This document shows positions 40,001 through 48,156 of a stretch of 64,000 nucleotides of DNA, in pieces. The position numbers and the translations under genes are program-made. Under the pieces are notes generated by a model. It had not been told where the DNA came from and did not search any database. It saw only the letters and a list, made by a program, of their open reading frames with translations. How positions within the stretch are numbered: position 1 is the first letter of the stretch; every line of letters starts with the position of its first letter. Source of the stretch: Amphiscolops sp. MND2022 (taxonomy: Eukaryota); assembly GCA_964187785.1 (NCBI GenBank), contig OZ076409.1, forward strand, positions 61,382,001 to 61,446,000. The letters run 5' to 3'.

Positions 40001-40610
40001 AAGAAAAGTTACGAATGCTTCACAGAAGAGCAGTCGCAACGACTCCATCAGAACTATGTACAACGAAAACAACAATGAACTTTTCGAGGGTGGCGACGAA
40101 TCTTTACTGACTCCGGCAGTTAGTTTGAAGAAAAAACCGCCGAAAAAGAGTACTGCCAAAATAATTGAAATGAAGCTGCAACATATCAAAGATATTGATA
40201 AGTACGTGCCACCAGTATACCACCTGATAAACAGAACAGAACTTCGGGATAAGTTTGACGAAGGCTTCAAGCCGAAAAAGAAAAACTGGTTCTCGGCGGG
40301 ACCCGATCCCCCGGACCCCGAGCCTTCGAGGAGTCATGTAAAGAGAGAGCTGTATTCTAAACATCGTAGAAGTGCCAGCGACGGTGCTTGTCTAGACAAA
40401 CACAAGAGGTATCATCATCAGAATCCAGGGGCCAGAAGCAAACACCGCAGTAGTCCTCACAGAGGGCAAACGCCTCCCCATTCTGGTTCCAATGCTGCTG
40501 AACATCACGGTGCTACTGTTCAACGAAACCACAGTGTTGCCATTAAATCAAACTCTTCAAAAACATACGACGATGCAGCCACCCCGAATTGTAGCAATTA
40601 CAAGCCATGA
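9851..40610 (+). CDS. TMEM63: TMEM63/OSCA/CSC1-family mechano/osmosensitive cation channel, full gene span. Coding exons: 9851-10049, 11295-11564, 21441-21755, 22053-22271, 22722-22971, 23271-24001, 27825-28023, 32406-32634, 33333-33539, 34609-34861, 35975-36162, 36435-36694, 37874-38140, 39857-40610 (about 1446 aa)
   Basis: All junctions are GT-AG with matching phases; total 4341 nt. Family motifs: RKGIGGYARL, DAVQYLHFQRH, FGRLTLNNL, DAYEYY, WEVSLAP..DDVIWENL, FISTPSI, FMVLFLPSIGL, PENGAFFVNYVI, YSPICPIMAPFGLFY, RHYVDRYNLYF. About 11 hydrophobic segments after the N-terminal region. Confidence 0.92.
10298..10975 (+). mobile_element. DINE-1/HINE-like element with an internal GC hairpin
   Basis: Same termini as the family; near-identical to 38392-39068; internal duplicated subunits. 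Confidence 0.8.
11295..11564 (+). CDS. TMEM63: TMEM63 exon (Ser/Thr-rich stalk and TM0)
   Basis: TTCAG acceptor; YGGIFITFALNVLFTFCIMLLFSFMRK; G|GTCAGT donor. Confidence 0.9.
11603..12080 (+). mobile_element. DINE-1/HINE-like element
   Basis: Family termini TTTTAGTCGGCGC ... GGCGCCGACTTGGGACGTTCCCGTCTTGTT; similar to 4213-4683. Confidence 0.75.
12875..13791 (+). mobile_element. Internally deleted hAT DNA transposon (917 bp)
   Basis: TIRs CAGGGGTCCGCAATTA / TAATTGCGGACCCCTG; perfect 8-bp TSD GTTTATAG. Transposase remnants: N-terminus MTSKVEAP...YFT...YKCHCGK from 13030 and C-terminal PTSNLMERLFS dimerisation motif ending at 13607. Confidence 0.92.
14099..14730. repeat. Tandem repeat with alternating 141/125-bp monomers (A-B-A-B-A')
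   Basis: Units start at 14099, 14240, 14365, 14506 and 14631 with TTAGGTGTTAATCTTTCGTTCGC. Confidence 0.92.
15524..20321 (-). mobile_element. Decayed BEL/Pao LTR retrotransposon within a TMEM63 intron
   Basis: Diverged ~130-bp LTRs at 15524-15655 and ~20191-20321; PBS-like TGGTGACACC ending at 20184. Frameshifted fragments in BEL order: gag (PYTGDPQQWSNWRSRF), Cys-His knuckles, WFLPH..KPGKTR, RT FYMDD, HWTDSTVVLYW, integrase GIDYFGPF/RAVHFEVV, NSRPLT/LTPNHF, FWTRLMKEYL. Confidence 0.92.
21441..21755 (+). CDS. TMEM63: TMEM63 exon (first cytosolic loop)
   Basis: TTTGCAG acceptor; GIGGYARLG continues the RK motif; phase 1-1. Confidence 0.85.
22053..22271 (+). CDS. TMEM63: TMEM63 exon (low-complexity insert)
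   Basis: TTCTTCACAG acceptor; open frame; G|GTTGGT donor; phase 1-1. Confidence 0.75.
22722..22971 (+). CDS. TMEM63: TMEM63 exon (TM1)
   Basis: SWI...DAVQYLHFQRH...VLLPIN; donor TA|GTGAGT. Confidence 0.92.
23271..24001 (+). CDS. TMEM63: TMEM63 exon (TM2 and start of the large cytosolic domain)
   Basis: TTCTTTTCAG acceptor; FGRLTLNNL...LVH; TVLVRNFP; YDVGDLEKL; C|GTAAGT donor. Confidence 0.92.
25098..25130 (+). CDS. Candidate 33-nt frame-preserving microexon of TMEM63 (RLKWHSEAQYI)
   Basis: TTTTCAATTTTCAG acceptor after a pyrimidine tract; GTTGGT donor; phase 1-1; no stop codon. Confidence 0.45.
   Translation, partial: VSSGTQKPST
25596..26164 (+). mobile_element. DINE-1/HINE-like element carrying a 22-bp minisatellite
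   Basis: Family termini; about 15 copies of GTTCGGATATAACGTTTTCAAA at 25736-26063. Confidence 0.85.
27825..28023 (+). CDS. TMEM63: TMEM63 exon (Ser/Thr-rich cytosolic insert)
   Basis: TTTTCAG acceptor and AG|GTTAGC donor; needed to bridge phase 1 to phase 2. Confidence 0.8.
29269..31050. mobile_element. Nest of DINE-1/HINE-like fragments in both orientations
   Basis: Reverse 3' ends AACAAGACG(A/G)GAACGTCTAAAGTCGG at ~29683 and ~30407; forward 5' end at ~29906. Confidence 0.65.
32406..32634 (+). CDS. TMEM63: TMEM63 exon (cytosolic domain)
   Basis: CCGGFLCCFC..DAYEYY; donor CCT|GTGAGT. Confidence 0.92.
33333..33539 (+). CDS. TMEM63: TMEM63 exon (TM3)
   Basis: WEVSLAPNVDDVIWENL...FISTPS. Confidence 0.95.
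34030..34550 (+). mobile_element. DINE-1/HINE-like element with a tRNA-like segment
   Basis: Family termini; TGGCATAGAGG ... GGTTCCAGT (A/B-box-like) at ~34165-34230. Confidence 0.7.
34609..34861 (+). CDS. TMEM63: TMEM63 exon (TM4-TM5)
   Basis: AALLP...TKSKLN...FMVLFLPSIGLT; G|GTAAGC donor. Confidence 0.95.
35205..35501 (+). mobile_element. Second HINE-like family element containing an antisense tRNA-like segment (35306-35378)
   Basis: Subterminal inverted repeat CACATGACGAAG / CTTCGTCATGTG; 3' hairpin GCGAAGCACCGCTTCGC; TT ends; minus-strand TGGCACAGTGG and GGTTCGAATC boxes. Confidence 0.6.
35975..36162 (+). CDS. TMEM63: TMEM63 exon (TM6)
   Basis: CIFHPENGAFFVNYVISASMIG..ELLRI. Confidence 0.95.
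36435..36694 (+). CDS. TMEM63: TMEM63 exon (TM7-TM9)
   Basis: FPYGYCYA...YSPICPIMAPFGLFY...RHYVDRYNLYF. Confidence 0.95.
37874..38140 (+). CDS. TMEM63: TMEM63 exon (last TM segments)
   Basis: TTTCAG acceptor; hydrophobic helix IFLLLLIIVVLSYWLI; AG|GTACAC donor. Confidence 0.85.
38392..39068 (+). mobile_element. DINE-1/HINE-like element, near-identical to 10298-10975, nested in another copy starting at ~38230
   Basis: Family termini and the shared GC hairpin GGGGCTCGC-GGTA-GCGAGCCCC. Confidence 0.8.
39857..40610 (+). CDS. TMEM63: TMEM63 terminal exon (long cytosolic tail)
   Basis: TTGCTGCAG acceptor gives a phase-2 match and a 250-codon open frame to TGA; contains YVPPV, resembling the family C-tail motif. 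Confidence 0.8.
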
Positions 40611-41690
40611 GCAATTTATTTTTTGACAAAATTATGTACGTAATGATAGTGAAATATTTTTCTTATTTATCATCATAAAATAATAATGTTTAGTGCATAA
40701 CCTACATGTGATTATGAAATGACATTTGAATTGACCTTGAAAACCAGTTTACTAACTCAATTTTTTGAGCTTTTGGTTCAATTTGGATTTTGTTCACCGA
40801 GGCAAAAGATAACTTTTTAAAAAGTCTTGAAATATTTGAGATTATTGGTTCTTTAGATGTGGTATTAGATGTGATGTAATATAGTTTTCTGACTGAATTT
40901 TCCAGGAATTTTGAGGGTGCCAGAAACTGCTGGTTCAGCCACCGAAAGCAAGTATCCCATATTTTTTCCTATATCTTGCAATGAATTACTGGACGTCTAA
41001 TTTTCTTCCAATACTTACGAATGGAAGATATACATAAAAGTTGCTTGCGACCGGTAAAAAATAGTTGAAGAACAACTCTGCAATATATTCATGCTCAATA
41101 TGATATTCGTATACAAGTGTCTTCTAGATGAAATTCGGAGAGAACTAAAGGTTGTCTGGGAACCACACAAACATCAAAATAGAGGAGTTATTTTTCCAAG
41201 AAAATGAATTGATGGAATCAGAATAAGACGGATAGTTCTCAATGTAACATTTTCATTGATCTTGTGATACAATCCCAAATTATTTTGATCCACTATTTGA
41301 ACCATAAGTTTTAAGACTAGGGATGGGAGAAATTCGTGGCGTATTTGACCGAAAAAGTGAATTATACGCTGAATTTCACGGTAACTCAGAAAAAAACGCG
41401 GGCAAAATCTTTTTGAAAGACAGCAATTTTAATTTTCTCGCAGCACAAATTTACATACGTTAGGATACGAAAAAGCCGAGGACACTCAATTGCGCTAAAT
41501 GTTCACATGATAAGTCGATACAAAAGTCCCAGGTGAAAACGCAAATTTTGTTCAGTATTGTTTTAGTCGGCGCTTTTTGTGAAACAAAAAATGCCCGACT
41601 ATTTCAATGATTATTTTTGCTGCAGACAACAGACCTCACTGAATGGTCCATTTTTTACAGAATTTTGCTGTGCCTTAAAACCTTACTAGA

Positions 41691-43352
41691 TGTAGAAATT
41701 TTTGCTAGAGGGTCGGAGAGAAATCCCAAAGGCTCGATTCTAACAGAAAGGTTTAGTTTTTAGTAAGTTTAGTCCACGTATCGCGTATTCTTTTCACAAA
41801 GTCTCTCCGGTGCTCAAGTTTCGACTCCAAAACACTATGGAAAAATTCCTTGCAATTAATACTCTAATTCAGGAATTATCTGGATATAACAAGTCGAAGG
41901 TTTCCACAGTATATAAACTCTCAATCAAATAACAATAGCACAGCAGGTGAATGAATTATATACAATAACTCGACAAGACTGTGCCAGAATCACGATTCAC
42001 TCAAAGATTTCCAAGTCCCGGTCTTGTAACTTATTCGCTGCTCTCACAAAGCAGTTAAGTCAAATTCGATCTCGAGTAGGTTTCTTGCCCGCACGCGGCT
42101 CAACTTACTCTTAACTTCGTAATTGTTCTTCTGTCTCACTTCGTCTCTTTTTCCCTCCCTAAGATATTTATTCATCAGCCGCATTTTTGTTGTACCGATG
42201 TCGCTCTTTTATTTGCATGCTTTTATAAATCATGTAATTTCATTCCTTTTATGGCATGGTAGCGCCCTAGTCATATTTCGGCCAGACATACTTCGCCGCC
42301 AACGACAAGTAATTCACATCTTGTCCGAAGTCCACATTTCAATAATAATTCAAGTCACCCGAGATTTTTTTAACATCGAAGAAATCGCTCAATGACCTTC
42401 AACTACATGGTTTACATGTTCTACACACGTAAGGGGTACTTTTCTATCATCCTAGGTGCAATACATCGCGAATCGTTCCGCCTGACTGAAATGCATAAAT
42501 TATCACTTAAAGACGCTGATTTACATGTTTCATTGTACGTTTTCCTATATGTTCCGGGGTTGCATCTAAAATGACCTTGAGGTCCATCCGTGACCTTGAA
42601 GTTATTTGTCCTCATCCCAAGTTGCTACATGCCAAGTTATATCGTCCTAGGGTCAATGGTTCCCGAGTTACATGATATCTGTATCGTTTATTTACTTAAG
42701 GCGGTTACCCCCGCATGGGTTACAAATACGGTTTCATTCACGTTAAAAATCGACTACATTCATCATTCCGGTTCGTTTGAGGTATTACAAGCCAAGGTCA
42801 ATGTCTATTATCGGTCGGGCTCGCGCGTCCGGTCCCGCGCGCCTTAAACAAACATTACTCCGTGCGTGGTGGATCGATTAATGTATATTTCATGTATATT
42901 ACTTAGGGTTACTAGGCGAACATCTTGGCTAAGTTTCATGATCCTCGGGTCATCCGGTGGCTATTTACATAACATTTGAGGTTTATTTACATAGGGTCCG
43001 TGCTCGTCCTACACGCGTCGTAGGGTTCCAAAAATATACGCAAAGGGCTTAATATCATATGGGCTATCGGTTCCATTTGTTATATGACTTATTCCGTGCT
43101 TGGCCGATGAGTTCGTAGGGGGGTCGACCTAGGTCACTTCCGGTGCTAATAGCTCGGGGCCGGGGGGTCTCGGCTCGGTTCCGTTTTCATAGGCGAGTAG
43201 CATAACACCTCAGGTATACGTGTGCCAAATTTCAGGTCTCTACGATAAATAGTCTTTGAGAAAATCCCGACTGGGGGGGGGGTTCGCCGGTTTTGTCACA
43301 CTTGGTTTTCCCGGGTGGTATCTTAGAATATTTTCGCTTGGAAGTGGGACTT
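41691..43352 (-). repeat. Downstream (3') long direct repeat / LTR, ~1.66 kb
   Basis: TGTAGAAATT...GAAGTGGGACTT on +; near-identical to 48157-49821. Confidence 0.95.
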
Positions 43353-43850
43353 GGTAAAATTCGCTCCAAGTGATCAACTCTGACTTAGTCAATTCGAATC
43401 GTTTCGTTGTTGACGTCGATTTCTACTTCGCTCAAACAATCAAATTTACTCTTTCTATTATTCGTATACCAAAACCATTAACGAAATACGTCTACTTCGC
43501 CTTTTCAGCTGTTTTCACCATTCCGACGGTTTTAAAACGTGATTAACATAGTCCTGCCTATCGTATGTACTTCGCGCAAAAATGATGGGATTTTTCTAAA
43601 ACGCCAAAATCTAAAAATTCTAACCTCTTCCCTTCTGGACTTTTATTCTCCCGAATAAACTTAGCGGTATTGTCGTTGGCTGAATCGTGGGATCTAGGTT
43701 AAACATATATAAATGTGGGGGGAGGATTCGGGATTGGTAAAAATGATTTCGGACTAAAAAATAACACCGATCGTTGATAATATGTACAGTGTTCCTGAAG
43801 GAGTATAGCATCGAATAAAAAAACAATTAAAATATCAAATAAAACATAAC

Positions 43851-44153
43851 TCATTTGCGCACCAGGGGAGGTCGAAGAAAGTCAACCATATACTCGAGCA
43901 AACTGATGACATCCTCAATTTCTTGATCTTCCTGGTGGGTTCGTATTATGGCCCAGTCATATAAAAAATCGAATAAAATATTCCACAGCAATGTCCTCGG
44001 AGGTATTGTAATTACTTCTTGACAATAGAGATCACGACAGAAAATGTCAACGACGATAGGTTCTCCATCGAACCAGCATCTAATCCGATCCAATCTTACC
44101 GGTCTGGTTCGGTCCGGTAGGGGCCAGTCAAAGAAAAGTTTTCTGAAAGCCAT
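43851..44153 (-). CDS. Orphan 100-aa ORF inside the element
   Basis: ATG start; protein-like composition; no recognisable motif. Confidence 0.4.
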   Translation of the reverse strand: MAFRKLFFDWPLPDRTRPVRLDRIRCWFDGEPIVVDIFCRDLYCQEVITIPPRTLLWNILFDFLYDWAIIRTHQEDQEIEDVISLLEYMVDFLRPPLVRK

Positions 44154-44523
44154 CTATGCAATTGCAAGAACAATAGGTATCAAACGACGGGTAATTCTTT
44201 ATGATAGATGCGTTTCTTTATCCAACTTTTATTTAGAGAGCCATTTAGAAGGTAAACAAAGATTTTCCTGTCGTCTTATTCTATATCGGCAATTCGGGTA
44301 CGGACTTTCATGGTTCCCTACTTGCTTGCTTAGTTATTCACGATTAGACGTCGTCAAAGAATCATAATTAAATGAAGTGGGATTTTCGTCGTTGAAAGTT
44401 TTGTTTACTCGACATATTTACTCTTTTACCACAGTCAACTTTCGCCAGCTCGGAGTTTCGGTACTGCTTAATTATACGTCCATACGCTTTCCTCTACGCC
44501 TAAATCAAAACGAGAATAACAAC

Positions 44524-44826
44524 ATGGCACAAGGTCCATTCCTATTGAGTCTGTATTGGGAATCTCAGTACTTCCGCGTGGTGTTCGAGATCACCCGTAT
44601 GGAAATTGCAGAGCATCACGAGGTCCAGCTGACCGTGGAGGGCGAATTGGGCGCGTTATGTCTGGACTACCTTAGCCCTGGTTGGGTAGAACTCGTCATC
44701 TTCCTGAGGAACCTCGCCACATCGGAGATTGGTCTGGTGGGAGTGCAAAAACTTCGTCTCCTCATTGCCCGCCAAAAACTCTGGGGTGCTCTGCGGGAGC
44801 CAACCCCTCCACATTTCTTTCTTTAA
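44524..44826 (+). CDS. Orphan 100-aa ORF inside the element (antisense to gag)
   Basis: ATG in AACATGG Kozak-like context; GC-richer than its flanks; MAQGPFLLSLYWESQYFRVVFEI... Confidence 0.45.
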   Translation: MAQGPFLLSLYWESQYFRVVFEITRMEIAEHHEVQLTVEGELGALCLDYLSPGWVELVIFLRNLATSEIGLVGVQKLRLLIARQKLWGALREPTPPHFFL

Positions 44827-45459
44827 TTCATCCGTATAAACATCATCTGTCATCATCGACTTCCTTCGTTAAAATTGAAATACAGTTTTCATAGCTCTGC
44901 CTCTAATTTGAGAAAGTCCCCTTTAATGCTTACGAACGATTTTGCACCGCATCATTAACTCGGGGTAGTCATTTTAAGGAGGGGAGGTCGGTTGATCGTA
45001 GATAAAAAATATATATATATAGTCAAGGCGGAACACCGCTTTGATAGAAGAGTATCTCAGGGCGATTAAAACATGAGACATACTTTCTTTGGAAGGGGGA
45101 ATCCTCAGGAACAGGTCTCGTTGGGTCGTGAAAATTATACGCAAGAACATGCCTTGAGCCTTGGGGGGGTGACAATGTTTCGAGGCGCCGTTGTTTTAGT
45201 AATACCCCAAATTCTGATACCTAGCACTGCTAATTCAAAATTCTTTCTTCCCTTCTGCTCGCTTCGAAACAACGTCACAGGGGGGTTTCATGTGTTCACG
45301 GGTGGCGCGTTAACTGATTTATAGAAAGAACATAAACAAAAAAACGTAAGATTAAGGAAAGTTTCACTATGTTTCGTAAAGTTGTCAAGCCGAATCGAAG
45401 TTTCGGGTCAAATATCTCTAACCAAAGACACGTCAATCTCCCGAAGTGATAGTTGTTCT

Positions 45460-47961
45460 TTAAGCCATCATCTTCTCACGTTTGTACGGTCCAGTGGTAT
45501 CCGGCTGAGCCGCTCCGCGTTTGACTGACCACAATCCTGCGTTCTCGCTCCTCTTGTGTCGGAGAGACCGCAACCCTCGCTCCTTGAACTTTCCCAGTTC
45601 TGATTGTTGGTTCCTGTCGAACCAGTCGTCAATGTACTCCGAGCTGGAAGGTGTCGGCGAAGGGCGTTCTCCCCTTCTGCTTCCAACTTCTTCGACGTCA
45701 GTCTCGCAATTGGGAGTCGGGTTCTGCTGAGGGACTACATACACTGTAATAGCTACGTGACTCCCTTTGAAGACGTCTTTAATTAGGCTTCGTATTTCAC
45801 TCCAATTCAGTTTATCCAACCCACAGTCCATCCTCGGCAGGCTTATTCTGTGGACCCCAGACCACTCCGCGTGAGTTCTCATCTGTTGCAGCGACGTTTT
45901 CACGGATTCGTAGGTCGGTTTCTCGAAGTATCGTTGTTTGGTGACCAAGTGATACACGTAACGACGTTCTCCTTCAATCCACTGCGCAAAAACTGGCTGT
46001 CTCTTGTGGTCGACGTCTTCCGGATAAGTAGTGGGATACCTCGTTTTGACTTGCTTGGCAACTCCGATCCCCATGTGGAAATCTGCCGAAACACAGTGAG
46101 CCAAACAACCTTTGGACGAAAATAGGTCTCCCTCGATCTCTTTGTACTTCAGGTTTCCGCGTTCAACGTCGACGTCATCATCGCCAAAAAGTGTAGTCTG
46201 TCGAGGTTTCAGGGTAGTAACGATGGAGCATCTGCTGCGATCACACCTGTACTTAGACTCTGTTGTCGATACCATGCGGAAATCAGCATTTGCGTCGACT
46301 ATCATTGCGTCCCAGCGCCTTGGTGGCGGTTTCTCTCCGGAACACCAGCTTGGATTCCTGCTCTCGGGAGCGCTCAAGTGCTGAGTGGAGGATGCCGACC
46401 AAGGAGGTTCAGTCTCCGCGCTTTCACGGCTGTCACTGGTGCTCCGCGGGTAACAACTTCCTCCGTCTTCGCCCCATTGCGATGCAACAACTCTCATTTT
46501 CAGCGGTTCTGAGGGCAGAGGAGGTATGGACAGTTCGTCTTTCCCAAAGTCAAAAATAATTCTATGGTTTTTCACGAAGTTCAAGCCTAGAATAACGGAT
46601 GGCTCGCAGTGGGGAACCACCACAAATTCTTCTTGCTCCTTCAAGGGTCCCAGCTGCAAATTTAGTCGGGTTAATCCATTAGTCGTCACTGGTTGACCGT
46701 CTACAGACCGCAACTCTCCACGAAACTTTTTGACCTCATCAGGGGTTCTAAGCGATTCCATTGTACTTGAGTCCACCACGTTCACGCCAGCTCCCGTGTC
46801 CAACAAAATGTCCATCTCTCTTCCCTCGATTCGGGCTTTCACGAAAACCCCGCTGTTACAACCAGAACAGTCTACCACACGCACAGCGTTCAGCGCCTTT
46901 CTTTCAATTGCTAAGCCGGCCCTCTCAACAATTTGTGCAGCTTTCTCTCTTGTCAACTTCCCGTGCACCTCAGGAGCGTCTTCGACCATCACCTGCCGTT
47001 TGGGGCATTGCTGGGGAAAATGTCCAAAACCATCGCAAACAGGGCAAATATCGGCTACAAAACCGCCATTTCCCTTGAATTTTCGTTCGGTCGCCACAGG
47101 GGTGGCCTCACGTTTGGGTGGGTCTGTCATCCCAGCCTGCTTCTCAGGCCTCACAGTTGTTGACAGAGTTTCCATGAAAGTCATCATCATCTGCGTCATC
47201 TCGTCCATTCTTCTAGTGAGCTGTTGTAACCCTTCTTTCCACGGTTCGTCTGAATAACCACGGATGTCACGACATGAGTCTTGCTGCCTTCCAAACTCTT
47301 CGTACCGCTCTTGTTCATTCCGTGAACGGCCACGTGTTGTTCGAGTAATAACTTCCAAGTCAACAGCCCTGTTCACTAGATCCCCAAATGTTTGTGGGTT
47401 TTCTTTCAACAACTGAACTTCCAGTTGTACATCGCTCAAACCCTCGAGGAACTTCTCGCGGAACAACTCGTCTCTCGTGTTGGGGTCCTTCTCTGAGTAG
47501 GCAATTTTTCCAATGTTTCTCACTCGTCGGGCAAATTCCCTCAGGGTTTCCTCTGGTTGCTGTCGAAGTTTTCTAATTTCTGCTTTCCCCAGACGGTCAT
47601 TTCGCATCATCCCCATTTCTCTACCCAGGTAATTGAATAGTGCAGCTAACGTAGGTGCATCTTCCCCATCCACTTGCTCTCTCAGTTCTCGAGGCGCAGC
47701 GTTGTACTCGTCCAATGCGTACCCAATCAAGCACACAGGCACAGCTTGCAGACCTTGCAACTCAGTCCATCCGTTGGCTCTGCCAACTCTGTAAAAGTGC
47801 GTTTTCCATTGGGACCAATCTGGATAGTTCTGAGAGGGGAAGCTGTCAGGTCTGATTGCTCCATTGCCAAACAGCCGATTCTCATTCCCGTTGAGGCCCT
47901 GTATCACCCCTTGGGCGACAGCCTCCATTATTGCAAGTCGCTGTTCGTCTTCCATACCCAA
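45460..47961 (-). CDS. Gag (CCHC knuckle) - retroviral-type aspartic protease - TARG1/OARD1 (Poa1p-like) macrodomain polyprotein, 833 aa
   Basis: Gag motifs W..HF...ANGW and LRQQPEETLREFARR; CPVCDGFGHFPQQC; LLDTGAGVN...ILGLNF. Macrodomain GDLF..LAHCVSADFHMGIGVA...HLVTK..EKPTY..SL..M...SLPRMDCGLDKLNW...ITVY at ~45740-46155. Confidence 0.9.
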   Translation of the reverse strand: MGMEDEQRLAIMEAVAQGVIQGLNGNENRLFGNGAIRPDSFPSQNYPDWSQWKTHFYRVGRANGWTELQGLQAVPVCLIGYALDEYNAAPRELREQVDGEDAPTLAALFNYLGREMGMMRNDRLGKAEIRKLRQQPEETLREFARRVRNIGKIAYSEKDPNTRDELFREKFLEGLSDVQLEVQLLKENPQTFGDLVNRAVDLEVITRTTRGRSRNEQERYEEFGRQQDSCRDIRGYSDEPWKEGLQQLTRRMDEMTQMMMTFMETLSTTVRPEKQAGMTDPPKREATPVATERKFKGNGGFVADICPVCDGFGHFPQQCPKRQVMVEDAPEVHGKLTREKAAQIVERAGLAIERKALNAVRVVDCSGCNSGVFVKARIEGREMDILLDTGAGVNVVDSSTMESLRTPDEVKKFRGELRSVDGQPVTTNGLTRLNLQLGPLKEQEEFVVVPHCEPSVILGLNFVKNHRIIFDFGKDELSIPPLPSEPLKMRVVASQWGEDGGSCYPRSTSDSRESAETEPPWSASSTQHLSAPESRNPSWCSGEKPPPRRWDAMIVDANADFRMVSTTESKYRCDRSRCSIVTTLKPRQTTLFGDDDVDVERGNLKYKEIEGDLFSSKGCLAHCVSADFHMGIGVAKQVKTRYPTTYPEDVDHKRQPVFAQWIEGERRYVYHLVTKQRYFEKPTYESVKTSLQQMRTHAEWSGVHRISLPRMDCGLDKLNWSEIRSLIKDVFKGSHVAITVYVVPQQNPTPNCETDVEEVGSRRGERPSPTPSSSEYIDDWFDRNQQSELGKFKERGLRSLRHKRSENAGLWSVKRGAAQPDTTGPYKREKMMA

Positions 47962-48137
47962 AGCGTTACTTCAGGCACCAACTAGTTGCAATAGAGAAAC
48001 GTCTCTGTTCTGTTGTACAAGAACGTTCTCAGTCGATCAACCTCATCGGATAATGTGCTTGTTTTGATCGCGTCGTGAAGGGATTACAGCTAAGTCCCAG
48101 TAAACATTTCCAAAATAACAGCGATACAACGAAAATT

Positions 48138-48155
48138 GCCCACCCAGGAGCGCCA
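48138..48155 (-). promoter_or_regulatory. Primer-binding site (TGGCGCTCCTGGGTGGGC)
   Basis: Begins with TGG one nucleotide after the repeat end ...TTCTACA on the minus strand. Confidence 0.75.
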
Positions 48156-48156
48156 C

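Noticed and set aside
42123..42847. Short ORFs duplicated at 48668-49353
   Set aside because: They lie within the long direct repeats, have no motifs, and their ends shift with indels between copies.
44970..45180. Purine/G-rich tracts resembling PPTs
   Set aside because: They are on the strand opposite to gag and do not adjoin either repeat.
45740..46155. Host OARD1/TARG1 gene or processed pseudogene
   Set aside because: It is intronless, in frame with Gag-protease, lacks a poly(A) remnant and lies between the element's repeats, so it belongs to the element.
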